A stretch of 64,000 bases of DNA from Entomortierella parvispora E1425 (Eukaryota > Fungi > Mortierellomycota), in assembly GCA_020891255.1 (NCBI GenBank), contig BQFW01000014.1, positions 248,001-312,000 of the forward strand, written 5' to 3'. Shown piece after piece: positions 11,085 to 23,602 of this stretch. The notes beneath the pieces are model-generated. The model was not told the origin of the DNA. It did no database searches and worked only from the letters and a program-made list of their open reading frames with translations. Position 1 is the stretch's first letter, and every line of letters starts with the position of its first letter. The position numbers and the translations under genes were made by a program.

Positions 11085-14000
11085 TGCAAAATTACCTTGC
11101 AATTGATCAAGTTCTCGTGGTATTTTGGCACCACATCCTTGTAGTCCACATTCAGCTCGTCTTCGTAGGTGCGACGTTGGTCTTGCAACTGCCGAAGCTC
11201 CCCCTTAAGACCAGCTCGTTCACCAGAAAGGTCTGACTGGCGCTGACTGAGTCGAGTCAACTGGCGGGTATAGGTTCCTTGAGCTTCTCCATCCTTCTTG
11301 GCCGCAGTCTCTGCATACTGTGCCTCGAGCTCCTCCGCCTTCTTTTTGTAACGTCTGTAGCGCAAGTTGTCCTCAATGTTGCGCTGAAGGTTTTTGAACT
11401 CGGCCAACTGCTCTTGCAGGCCTTGCATCTGCTTCTCTGTAGCCTGAATCTCCTGCTGGTGTTGCGCAATCTCGTCAGTGTATTGCTCCGTCTGACCTTC
11501 CAACCTAGACAACTCGAGCATGGTGGCCCTGCTGTCGACACTGATCAGCGCCAATCCAATAGTAAAAGTGAATATTAGAACGAAGGGGGTCAGAGAAAGT
11601 CCAACTACATGGTATTCGATCAAGGCGATGAAACGTTCACAACTTACCGCTCAATATCCTTGTTGTACATTTGGACCTTCTCCAGATTGTTCCGCATTTC
11701 CGTAACAACTTGCTGGACACTCCTTTCCTTCGCTTGTCCCTCAGCAACGGTTTGCCTTAACAGCTCGTTGAGTCGATTCATCTCTGGCATGACATCTTGT
11801 CCATCAAGCTCGTGCTGTTGCATCTCGGCGGTCAGATGTTGGATGGAAGCCTCAATCTCCACGATCTGCTCCTCTACCTGAGTCTTTCGTTCACGTTGAT
11901 TGAGCAGTTTGTTGTGCTTGTCTTTAAGTGTCCGAATAACCTGTTCCTTCCTTTGGACCTCTGCCGTCATCTGAGCCATCTCTTGTTGAAGCTTGTTGAC
12001 TTCCTGACGAGCCGCTTGCACCTTTTGCTTCACTGTGTTGTATTCGGTCTGCATGGCTTCTGTCGATTGGGAGGATCCAGAGACCAAAAGTTCCGTCTCC
12101 AGGGCACTAATGGCAGACTGATCGCCTCCATTCTCACGACACAGAGATGCAATGTCCTTAGCAGCACTCGCGAGTTCTCGCAACTCCTCGAGCTCTGCTG
12201 TCAGCGATATCGTCTCCAAATCAACCTATATTTTCATGATGACTGTATTAGAGACAGTAACCTCACGAAGTTGGAAGTTTTGACAGAAATGTGATTTACC
12301 GATTCAATGGAATCCAAAGTATTGGTCCTCTTGCTCTCCAATTCAGAGAGCTGTGCTTTGAGTGAAGGGATCTCTGAAGTCTTTAGCTTCTCAACAGCGT
12401 CCCATTCTGACTTCAATGCACGCAGTGAAGTAACTGTCGCTTCGACAGCAACAAGCTCCTGTTCATCGTCGTTCTCTGCCTTTTCCATGAGCCTCCGGAG
12501 CTATCATAATAAAGGTATAATGGTTAGCAGGCATTGCGGCTGAATGGTATCAAGATGGAGACAGGCCTACTATATCTTTACCTTGGCCGTGAACTGAGCC
12601 TCAAAGGTAGGGTCAAACCCACGTGAACAAAGGGGGCATCCATGTTTTTTCTCGGCCATTGCAACAAAGCGTTCATACATGGTACTCATAGTCTTCAAGT
12701 CTTGCACTTGTCTAAATGGAAAAGTGTGCGATTCTGATTAGAATAGTTGCTTGAGAAACATCAGCACATCAAAAAAAAAAAAAAAAAAAAAAAAAAAGAA
12801 AAAGAAAAGCTCTTACTCTCTCAACTCTGTCAAGGTCTCCTCCTTGGATTGAAGCAGCTCGGGAAGTGACCAGCCGTCGCATTGAACGGCCACTTGCTTC
12901 TCACAATCTACCAGGCAAATAAATCCAAAAAGAACAAGTCAGTTTACATGGTTTCTCGTGTATCAATGAACAGCATCAACTGAAGAGCCTTACCTTCGAC
13001 AGCCTTCGTGTGCTTTTTCAGCTGCGATGCCACATTCTCGATGAAGATCTCTTGGCTGGAGAGCTCCCTCTTGTATTTCTCAAGCGATTCTCTCGATGAT
13101 CTCAATGCTGCTTCCTTGCTTTTCAATATAGGCGCCAAGCTATCCTCGACAGTCTCCGGTAGAGCGGCCTCTTTGAGCACATTTTGGAAACCATCGCCAT
13201 GTTCCAACATACTAAAAGGAGAGATTTGACAGTATTTAGGTATTGCTCTGATCACAGATGACGAATATAACAGAATAAATGCATGAGACTTACAGCGCCT
13301 TGATTCTCTCTGACCGCTGACTGTGCTTATTCTTCAAGAGAGTAAGTCTAGCTTGGGATCCGGCATTCTTGGCCTGGGCAGCAATTTGTTCGCTCAGTCT
13401 CGAGAGATCGTTTTCAAAAGCCTCTACATCAGCCATCTTTGCTCTCCTCTGGGACTCTAAAGAATCTTGGCCAGGCCCGCTGGACCGAAGAGCTGTCAAG
13501 GCACTTTCCTAAAACAACAGGCAGAGGTATTAGAGAGGCTAGGTCCCAAGACATTTTGGTCAATTACAGTTGGAGGTCATTACCTGCTCTGCCATCGCAA
13601 TCTCAGTGGACTCAATCTCAGAGTCAGTTGACTTGTACTTCGAAAGCTCGGCTTGCTGCTGGCGTAATTTACTCTGAGCGGACGAAATCGCAGACTGGTT
13701 CTTTGCCTTCAAGGAGGAAGCCATGTCGAGCTTTGCCTTTCTGTCCGACAATTCCGACCGGACCTCTTGCTCCTTCTGTCGACTCTCCTGCTTAATTCGT
13801 TCAACCTCCCCTACTTTTTGCTGAACCTGCATTTCCAGTTTGCCAATAAACCGCTTCACGTCCGAGTTGACCAGAGGGGTTGAATTAAAGCTTCCAAGAG
13901 TGTACTGGTTGGCGAGCTCAGCAATCAAAAGATCGCGATCAGTCTGCTTCTTCTTGTTGTTGTCCAAAAGCGCCTTGAATTGCCCAATGCTTTGCTGGTT

Positions 14001-15473
14001 CTGACTCACTGATGCTTGCAAATTCGCAATTGTCGTTGCAGTCCTCTGCTTTGTCCTTTCTTGTTTGGCCTTCTCTTGATCGGCAGTCTTCAAACTGAGG
14101 TCGTGTTTGAAAAGCATCTCGTTCAGATCAGAGTCAGATTCATTGTACAAGTCAAACTTTCCTTCCAGATCCTTGATGTTGCTTTGAGTCGATCTTAGCT
14201 CATGAGAGATGGCGCTCAACGTAGTCTCAATTTGTTGAATCTCCCTCGTCTTTGTCATAAGGCGGCTGATATCCTCGGCACATCTGTCGAGATCAATGTC
14301 CAATTGCTCGATCCTTTGCTGACTATTCTTTGTGCTCTCCTCGTTTGATGTCAGCGACTCTCGAATCTAAAAGAGCAAAGGAAAAGTAGCTCCATGAATA
14401 TCCCTTCTGCTCTCCGTTTCAAACATTTTCATTTTCACGTTGCCATCGTTACCTTTTGTGCCTTCTCCTTGTTCCGTCGAAGGAACTCTAGACTGTTAAA
14501 CATGACCTTGAGTTCGACCGCCTTTTCCTTGCGAATGGCCTTGATAGAGTCAAGGACATTGGTGTATCTATTACAAGAATTCGTCAGCATGTTTCTCCTT
14601 TTCGAAATGCTTCCCCCAGCAGGTCCTACAATCAAACCGGCAGCACCTACTTTGTCGAGGCAAAGATCTCATCAAACTTCTTCTTCAGCAAACTAGGCTC
14701 AGACAACGGCCAGTTGGATTCTTCCTGGTGACAAAAGATCACATTGTCCAGAATGGCACGCGAGACGCCGAGGTTGTTGGGAACATCCGTGTCGATTTCA
14801 GAACATTTCGAACTGACACTCACAAGTTCGCCCGTCGACGGATCCACGGCCGCCAACACATTCTCGAGTGTCTTTTGGGTCACGCCTGCTTTCTTGACTG
14901 TCAGCGACAAAGATCGGGTCACGGTCATTGTCTGGTGGTTGACATTCTTGAATCGAAGTCGCACTTGTGCCTTCACTGTTGGACTGCCCGACATCTAAGT
15001 GGGGTGTTTGTTTCCGCGATTTTAGCTTGAGTGACCAAGTGATACGCAGCAAAAGGCACTCGGACGCCTCCTTCCTTGAAGGACACAAACGGGAACCCTT
15101 TTGGATTTGCTTACCTTTGGGTCATTGACAAAGGCGCCGCCTTTGCTGTTTGGTGGTAAATCTCCGGTTGTGGCATATTTCAGGCACTCGATAATGGTGG
15201 TCTTTCCAGAGCCGTTGTGACCAGTGATGAGGGTTAAGGGAGAATAGAAGGTGATGGTCGCCGCCTCTCCGCTGTCCGCCTCAAACGAGCGGATGCCCCT
15301 GATCATAATCTGCACCATATTGAAAGCAAAAGCAAAGCACAGCGTTGCAGGTGTGTGTGTTCAAGAGTCAGGGTCAGCATGAGAAACGCGACGCTGAATG
15401 CAGCTTTACCAGGTACTTTCGTTTCATTCATCGACTGCACCCACTTTGTGCATACCTTCTCAATCGACGACAT
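10155..15473 (-). CDS. RAD50: DNA repair protein Rad50 (many exons)
   Basis: [15 protein letters not shown], Walker [24 protein letters not shown], zinc hook [10 protein letters not shown] (~12625-12645), long coiled coils, [38 protein letters not shown]. Confidence 0.97.
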
Positions 15474-15674
15474 GGTGGCAGGCTATCCCGAGTGCAATCA
15501 GCCTGAGGTCAAAACGTGAATTGCTGAAGGAAGAAGAAGAAGGTCAATGCAACTCAATTATGCCCTTTGCCCCCCAAAAAAGAAAGCCGCGATTTGAGAA
15601 AATGGTGGCAAAATGAGCCAATCACGTGGTTTATTGTTACAAGTTGTGTTTTTGTGGTTGACAGGTCGGCGCCT

Positions 15675-18589
15675 TTACACCTGGGCCTCGTCCATAGACT
15701 TGTCCTTGGCCTCGTCCATGGGAGTATCGTTCTTGGGAGTATCGTCCTTTGTATCATCTTTAGGAGTACCATCCTTAGAAGCATCATCTTTAGGTGTATC
15801 ATCCTTAGAAGCATCGTCCTTAGAAGCATCGTCCAAAGGTGTGCCGGGCTCTGTAGAAGGTGCTACATCCGATTTTGGTGTTGCATCCAGCTCGACCTCT
15901 TCTGTCTTTTCTTCGACCATCACGCTATCACCGTCCGCCTCTTTCGCCGCCTCCTGTGGTGCCTTGGACTCTGTCGACTCCTGAGCGTCTAGTTCGTCGT
16001 CCTCTTTTGAGCTCTGTTCTGGGATCACGTCTGATGAGGTGCTCTCTCCATTGGCAGTCGCAGGCGTGGCTGCATCGGAGGTTTTGACCACAGCTGGCGG
16101 AGGGGGTGGAGGCACGACCCCTCCATTCTCCCGGATGGTCTCCTCCCATTCCAAGTCCTCGTCAATAAGCGTCTTCAAATCCTTCACGGTGCTGTTGATG
16201 TCTGTGGCAACCTTTGAGTACAGGTGAAGGTATTGTCTTGCTCCGAGTCGGAGGCCTCTCCACAGGTTGGCGCGCTCCATCTCCTTGGCCTCCTTGGGAG
16301 TCATGGGTGATTTTCCTTGTCTGAGTCGCTCGCCTTTAGCTCTGTTCTGGAGGAACTGATACGATGACAAATAGCTCTCGACATCCGTAGGACGAGTAGA
16401 ACTGCCCAGTTCTCCATCTTCCCTGGTTTCGGCAGCCTTTTCCCAGAGAACGCTCAGTGTTTTACAGCCCAACTTGTTGGTCAAAGGCAAGAGTCCAAGA
16501 GAAAGAGCCCTTCGTTTCCGTTGAATTTCGTCCAACTCTTTTGTCGACACTGGGGCCTTTTCAAATGATTGACAGTTTTCTGCCTTCCATTGGATCTGGA
16601 ATGGAAAGGTGGACAAAAAGTGAGTCTTCCAGTCAAATAGCCCTTGGCGGGCATTCATGAGGTTCAAAATAAAATACATACCCAGCTCTGTTCGTCGCTT
16701 ATTACAGAGCGCACGGTGTTATAGAATGACAAGTCTCCAGTCTCCACGCCAACGGCACGCAATGCCTTCAAAACCCTAGGTCGGAACTCCTCTGTCCATT
16801 CTCGATCCTTGGGGTCAAGCACCCATTGAGGAACAAATAATTTGTTGGAGGTCGGGAGCTTGGTGTACGCCTCTGTGATGGCAGTAGTGTGGTGCTGGAG
16901 GTACTTGATGGAAATCAAGAACTGAACCAGAATATGCCTCCTGAAGTAAGGATCAACCATCTACATGAAAAGAGATACAAGGTTAAACACCTAGGATATC
17001 CGAATAGTTCGGTAATTATGGTACACCTGCTATTCAAGAACCAGCCGTACCTCGAGCTGCAACAGCTTTGGACTTGTCAAGAACTTTGGAAAGTATGTTG
17101 AAGGCTCAGGGGCATCGTTGATCTGGGCATGCTTTCTCTTTTTAGAGATTGTACTGCTCGACTCTGCTTGGGACCCTGACGGCTCTGTAGACTGACTCTT
17201 ATGTGCCGATGCATCCACAGAGGACCTACGTTGACCTGCAGCTGATTCCTTCTCGTCGATCTTTGCAAACTTTTCCAAGGTATGTTCAATCCCGCGCTGA
17301 AGCTTCTTCATGTTGTCGGGGTTATTTACAAGTAGCGATGGATTGCTGAAAAAAGTCTGCAGACCCCAGAATTCGGTGTAGAAATCAAAGTCTTTCTTAG
17401 AAGTCCCGCTCTTTGATTCCTCCTCAGGCGAATCTGGTTGCGATAGTGAAGACCACTCTACAAATTAATTAAAAAAAAAAATATTGATCAGGACGCCGTA
17501 TTCAGTTTAAATACTTTTCAAATGTCTGAATACACGGGCCACTTACCCTCGTCTACGTCCATTTTCTCTGTTGACTGATCCTGCGAACTCTTGGACCGTT
17601 GCCTGCTCGGAGAAGAGGCAACATCTGGGACAATGGACACCTCGCCGCTTTCGATATGGGTGATGTTTTCGGTATTGATTTCACCTCTCAAGTTCACTCC
17701 TGACCGCTCTGTAAGAGGAAATACACTGGAGAGCAACATGAGAATACGCCCACAAAACACAGTGTTCTTGGCCTTGGAGAGGCGTCTCAGAAGTTCGTTG
17801 CAGAGTCGAAGAAGTGTCAATCCCTTGCCCTTGCCGGCAACCATGTTCTAAAAGTTCAGAAAAAATGGCCTTTATCGTTAGGTGACTGGAAGCAAGCATA
17901 CATATCAAGAAGCGTAGGACATTGTAGAGGGCGAGCGTACCACAGTAAGGCGCTCAACGCGCGATTCGATGTAATTGTAGATTCCTTCACTACATTCGAC
18001 AGTCTGAAAGTCCAGGACCTCCTCGATCAAGTTGAGAGGCAGAGAGTGCTCGATGAGGCCAAGCTCTGAGCAACGCAGCAACAGATCCAGACATCTAAAC
18101 ATGGCGTCCTTCAGTTGGGCCATGTCGGTTCCAAGTTCGTCCTATGTGCGTCATCCAGTGTTGCAAGTGGGCAAGCAGGCAAGCAGCGGCGAGCGAGAGG
18201 GTGGAGGGTGAGGGTGAGGGTGAGGGTTAGGTGTCTGGACTATGCGATGATATCGAGTTGGCCCGAACGGTGCGGGGGTAGACTCTGGGAGGGCGACCAC
18301 TGAGAAGTCCCAGGGGATCTTCCTGCAAAGTACTTGTGTCTCTTCAATATGCCTGTACCTGGATCGATATCAGCTTCAGTTTGAATGCGGCCTCCAGCAG
18401 CGACGCCCTGTCCAGCGCCTTGAACGTCGCCAAAGTGGGGACCAGTCTGGTCTGGATGTATTCGTCAATTTCAGTATACTGATTGGCGGAATCTTTGTCA
18501 TCTCCGGTCGTGTCGTACACATGAGGAAGCAGTTTGCCAATGGCATCAGCTGTTTCCAGGAGAGGCGCGTACGGAGGGAGGGACAGCAT
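15675..18589 (-). CDS. THOC1: THO complex subunit 1 (Hpr1/THOC1)
   Basis: [34 protein letters not shown]; [51 protein letters not shown]; [15 protein letters not shown]; [14 protein letters not shown]. Confidence 0.92.
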
Positions 18590-19099
18590 GGTGCTTGAAA
18601 GGTCGGTCGATCTGTAATTATTAGCTTGATCTCGTGTATTCAGGCTGGCTGATTCGTAATGCGTCTAGGCAGTGAGTGATTAGGATTCTGGATGGCAATT
18701 GATGCAGGTAAATGAAGGTTGGTGAGAGGAAGAGAGGATAGGGGCAGGACGAGAGGAGAGGGACAGGAAGAGATGAAGGACCAGTGATGGTTGAAGAATG
18801 AGAACGCACTTCTGAAAAGGTGGCAAAGGCGAAGGACGATTGCACGTGACTTTTTGGCTGTGCGCTGCAATATGAGTTTGCGACCATGGCAAAGGTCAAA
18901 TATTCAAGACAGCTACAGCGCCTATAGAAAAAAGCGTGTAACCACACTTCTACACGAGAGCACGTATACACGCAATGAAAATGGTGCGGCCGAAAATATT
19001 CATGATCATGGGCAAAGAATGAACTGTGGACAAATCTGTTATTTTTTTTAATAAAAAAACATCTATGGGTCAAAGTCTTGTAGAGTCTCGTCTGTGGAT

Positions 19100-20381
19100 C
19101 TACCACTGAGAGTTTTCAGTCATGAGCTTGACAACCTCTGGGATCTTGCTCTTGTGGATCAACATCATACGGCGAGCGGGGGCAATGCCATAGTCCTCGA
19201 ATGTGTTTTTGGACTCTGCGACCGTAGGAGGGGTGGTCAACTTGAAATCCTGGGTAAATTCAGCATACTGCTGGAGCATCTCTTCCTCGGGGTGGAAAAA
19301 GAAAGTAGCAGGCTCGGCCTACAACAGAAAAGAGACAGCTCGGTTTTTGAGTAAAGAGTGACAATGAAAATAATAGAAAAAAAAAACAATGTAATCAACA
19401 GAACTATGACTTACAGTCTTGGTCTTCTTCTTGGAGGGCTTGGGGGTCTCCTCATCCAGATCAATCTTGGGTGCGACTTCGTGGTATGTTGGTGCCATCA
19501 ACAGATAGTATTCAAAGTTGAAGGGCAATCCCTAGTTGCAGTTGTCAATAGAGAACAAGAGTCAGTACGCGATAGAACGGTCAACGGGACTTTTCTCCTT
19601 TAACACTGTCATTTTCGCTTTTGTTTTCTCACCTCATCCACAGCCCACTTGACTTCCTCGAGCAACATCCTCCACATGGGGGGAGCAGTCTCGACAGGCA
19701 TGTTGATAAAGCGATCGCTCAGAATCAATCCAACCTCCTTCTTGGATCCAGCGCTCAAGAGTTCTCTCAGCTTGGCGTGCAATTTCTCGTTCTGCTTTGA
19801 CTTTGTGAACACGTAATCCCGAATCTGGGTCATGACTTGACTTGGTTTTGGTGTTGCTGCTGATGAAGAGGATCCTGTGGCTTCTGCGTTGGAAGCGGGC
19901 GTAGGGTGAATATGATGGAGGTGCTGGTTCATGTTGAGGACCGTCAACAAGGAATAAGGATCCGAATCGACTCCATTGACCTTAATCGTCGTTCCAACGT
20001 TGGATTGAGCAATGACCAACTCGGAGAGCTCTGACAGTGCAAACAGAATGGCGTCGCTGGCAAAGTATTGGTTGAGCAAGTTCTTGACGGCGTGGAAATC
20101 AATTTCTTTGGGATCAAAGAACTCAAAGTCGACGTTGATGATATCCTACAAATCCAAAGAGAGGGAAGATAGATACGGATATGATGAGAAAGCCGAATAC
20201 AAATGCTGGGGAGACCCTTCCTTGTTTTTTTTCAGCTGGGCAGAGGTACACGTTCAACGTGCCCTGACCCGATGAAAAAGTAAGGTTATACCTCGCCATC
20301 GGAACCGGAATCATCGTCCTCCTCGCCATGGCTAGCCATCTCGACATCCTCAGCCTTTTCGTCAGCCTTTCTCTTGCTCAT
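19100..20381 (-). CDS. BCP1: Bcp1/BCCIP family protein (60S biogenesis, uL14 chaperone)
   Basis: Acidic N-terminus, then DIINVDFEFFDPKEIDFHAVKNLLNQYF; VGTTIKVNGVDSDPYSLLTVLN; VGLILSDRFINMPVETAPPMWRML; FNFEYYLLM. Confidence 0.92.
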
Positions 20382-20560
20382 TATGAATGTGATCGTGTGG
20401 GGGTATTGAGTCGAATGATGTTCGTTCTGCAGGCAACTCTGACAGCAAAAGGCTCGACAAAAAAAAAAAAAAAAAAAAAAAAAAGACCCGTCACGTAAAC
20501 AATTTGATTTTTTGGTGGCAATCGCTTTATTGACACAGGCACAAGCACCCTTTGGAAGGA

Positions 20561-23338
20561 TCATGGAAGTGCACTCACAAAGGTCGGCTGGATTCTCTTC
20601 TTGGGTTTCGGAGTAGCTGGAGTAGTGGGTGGGGCAGGGGAGGCCGACCCTGATGTGGGTGGAGATGAGGAGGCGGCGGAAGACGGTGATGAGTTCCAGG
20701 CGACAGCCGGCTCCATGGTAACTGCGGGTGTTGTGGGCGTCGTGGGTGTTGATGGCAATTTCGTGCTAGGAGACTTGGTCATGGAACCCGGAAGTGGGCT
20801 GACAAACGTTGGCTGGATCTTCCTCTTTTTAGGTGACGGTTGGTCCTCGGGCGACGTCATGATCGCATCGCCATCGCGCTCTGTTTTGGCAGAAGTCTTG
20901 GCGGCAGATTTGGTGTTTGCTTTTGAAAATAACTTCTTGACAAGGGCCTTCTTGCCCTCAGTACCTGTAGATGATTTGTCGCCCTTTGCTTTACCCTTGG
21001 GCTCCTTGGTCTCCTTGGTCTCCTTGGGCTCTTTAAGCTCCTTGATGTCTGACAGAGTTAACCCATTCAACTTTTGCATCATTCCTGCTGTTGCCGCAAT
21101 AGTCGCAGCGGGGTCGAGGCTCTCGTTCGCAGTAACGACCATGTTGATTTCAGCGCTACCCATCAAGTCCGCCATAGACTGTGGAGGTTTGTAGACTGTA
21201 CCAAGCTCTCCTTCCTCGAAAGAGATTAGGGAACAAAATCCGTCCGAAGACGCCACAATGAGATTGCATCCGTCGCCCGACCATGCCATGTCCGTGTATG
21301 TCGCATAGTGAAGATGAGAGACTAGAGCGAGGGGAGCAGTTTGCTGGGTATCGTAGATCAAAATGGAGTCCTGTGTGGCAACTGCGTAAACAGATCGGTA
21401 GGCGAGACCAAAGACGGATGGAGGTTTCGCCTCCTGGTTGGCTGCGGGCGTTGTTGGTGTAGTCGTGGTGGGCTGGCGCTTGCTATAGACAGAATGCTGG
21501 GATGGGGGCAAAAGCTCTTTCCGAAGTTCATACAAGATTGGACTGCATTTGATCGCAACTGATGGCTTTTTGTGTCCAGGGAGATGAGCCACTGGTCCTC
21601 TAATAGTTGAAAACGTACCAAAGACATGTCAGTAAACATCTTTCGACATTTTGAGGTTCATGACCTGACCCCATATCGCGTCAATTTACCTTCCGAAATC
21701 CCGTCGTGCGTAAATATAAGATGTATTCCTTGTCTCTGTATCCTGTGGTTGAGGTGCTGGATTCGAATCATCGGCTGCCTGAGCCGCTGATTTGATCGAA
21801 GGCGTCTTGTATTGACCTGCTGGAACTAGCAACATAGCGCCATCGGGTGTAAAGGAGAGTCTTCTGAAGAAAGATGTCAAAGTTTCGTCGTGGTAGGTCT
21901 TGAACGACTTTGGCGCTGCTCTCACTGGTTTGACAGCGTCATCCGCTGTTGTTGATGACTCTGCGTGCATTTCCGTGTCGTCTGTGGATGCGGTGGAGAC
22001 TGGCGCCTTCGTAATCAGTACGGCTGGTTGGGGGGCAGATCGGAACTTTGAAAAGTCGAGTTTGGTGCTCTTGCCCACAAGATTAAGACAGACTTGCCCA
22101 TTTTTGTCCGCTTTAAAAGAATAGACGTGCACAGATCTATAGGGGAAGAAAAAAAAAGGCAGATGATTTAGAAAGTGAAGAGAAAGGCAGCTTCTAGCCC
22201 AATCGGATATCGCGAATCATCTCTTACCTATCACTGCTCTGTGTTGCAACAAACTCTCCGAGCGGATCCCAGGCGACACCCTGGACATAATGGTGATGGT
22301 CCGCGATGACATGTAGGCATTTTGCTAGAAGGATTCAACACAACCCAAGGCCGAGAGATATTAGATCGAGGCGTTGATTCACTTGAACCATCCGTTGGAA
22401 GACAGATCCTATATCATACATGTTCCAATGTCCCATATCCGAGCTGTGTTGTCAATTGATCCTGAAATGATGTATTTGCCGTCAGGAGACCAAGCAAGAT
22501 CGTAAATGTCAGACAATGATCCTCGCATCACGGACTGGACACGCCAAGTCTCTCGTTCATCGTCGTCGTCAGACTCTGCAAATCTGCTCACAGCCTCTTT
22601 GTTTTCAGTGGGTCTCCAGAGAATAATGTTGCCATCTATGAATAAAACAAGGACATCTGAGTGAATACAGTTGTCCAGAGGTCCTCATCACGAAATAGAG
22701 GGCTATGATCATGCAAGTTTTACCATCCCCCGCAGAAGCCAGGCATTCGGCTAAAAAGACGAAAGAAATCAGAAAGAATGAAAAGCTATCAGTCCTCTGT
22801 AAAACCAACGAGTCAGAACGGCAACTTCCATGTTGTCGAAAGGAAGGGGGTCGTTACAAGTGGGTGAAAACCGGACAACGTTCACGGCAGCAGAGTGTCT
22901 GTTCAGACTTGACAAGAAGTCGACATGAGCACTGTCCTTCTCTCTGTTCCTGTCAATCTTCCAGATCTATCGTTTGTGCATGAAAGTACCATTAGTGCTA
23001 CATTTCAGAACCGACGGCATCTCGTCCAGCAAGTTGATCAGCATTCGATTCGAGGCGGAGCACAACAAGCTTGGGTGACCTACGCGGATGTTGCAATCGC
23101 CTCCAGCTGTAGCCAGTCTTCCTTTTGGACCGGGCTCAAAATGGGCCGAATATATAGGCTGCTTGTCATGCCAATGGATTTGCAATGGCTATGGTCAATT
23201 CCGAACATGAAAAGGTTAATTGATGTCGATTGAAAGAAGGGGGAGTAATAGCCCAGGAATCTCAAACTCGGTCACCGTGGGCCACCTCGGCACACCTGCC
23301 GAGGATAGTGATGAGCGGAGCAGTACCTTAACCTTCAT
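20561..23338 (-). CDS. CAC2: Chromatin assembly factor 1 subunit B (Cac2/p60), WD40
   Basis: [39 protein letters not shown]; [27 protein letters not shown]; [19 protein letters not shown]; [15 protein letters not shown]. Confidence 0.95.
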
Positions 23339-23602
23339 GGTGTGGGAGAGAGAATGAGGGTCGAGAAAGAAAAAAAAAGGGATGAAGCGAGTCGATGGGA
23401 TGGATGGGATGGTCGAAGCGAGAGGTGAAGGCAGCCCAGAGGACAGGAGTGGCCACCAAACAACAAACAACGCGTTTGTGCGGTGCCTGGCGGGCACAGA
23501 AGTCACTCTGTAATTGCGTTTTGGTGGCGAAATTGTCTTTTTATTTTTTGGATGGATGATTGTTTTCAGATGTGTTTGCATATGGCATTCTCCTGTCTCT
23601 TG

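Noticed and set aside
10589-11665. RTATCCTT strings that could be U12-type intron donors
   Set aside because: The instances inspected fall in coding sequence or on the antisense strand. All introns I resolved are GT-AG with U2-type signals.
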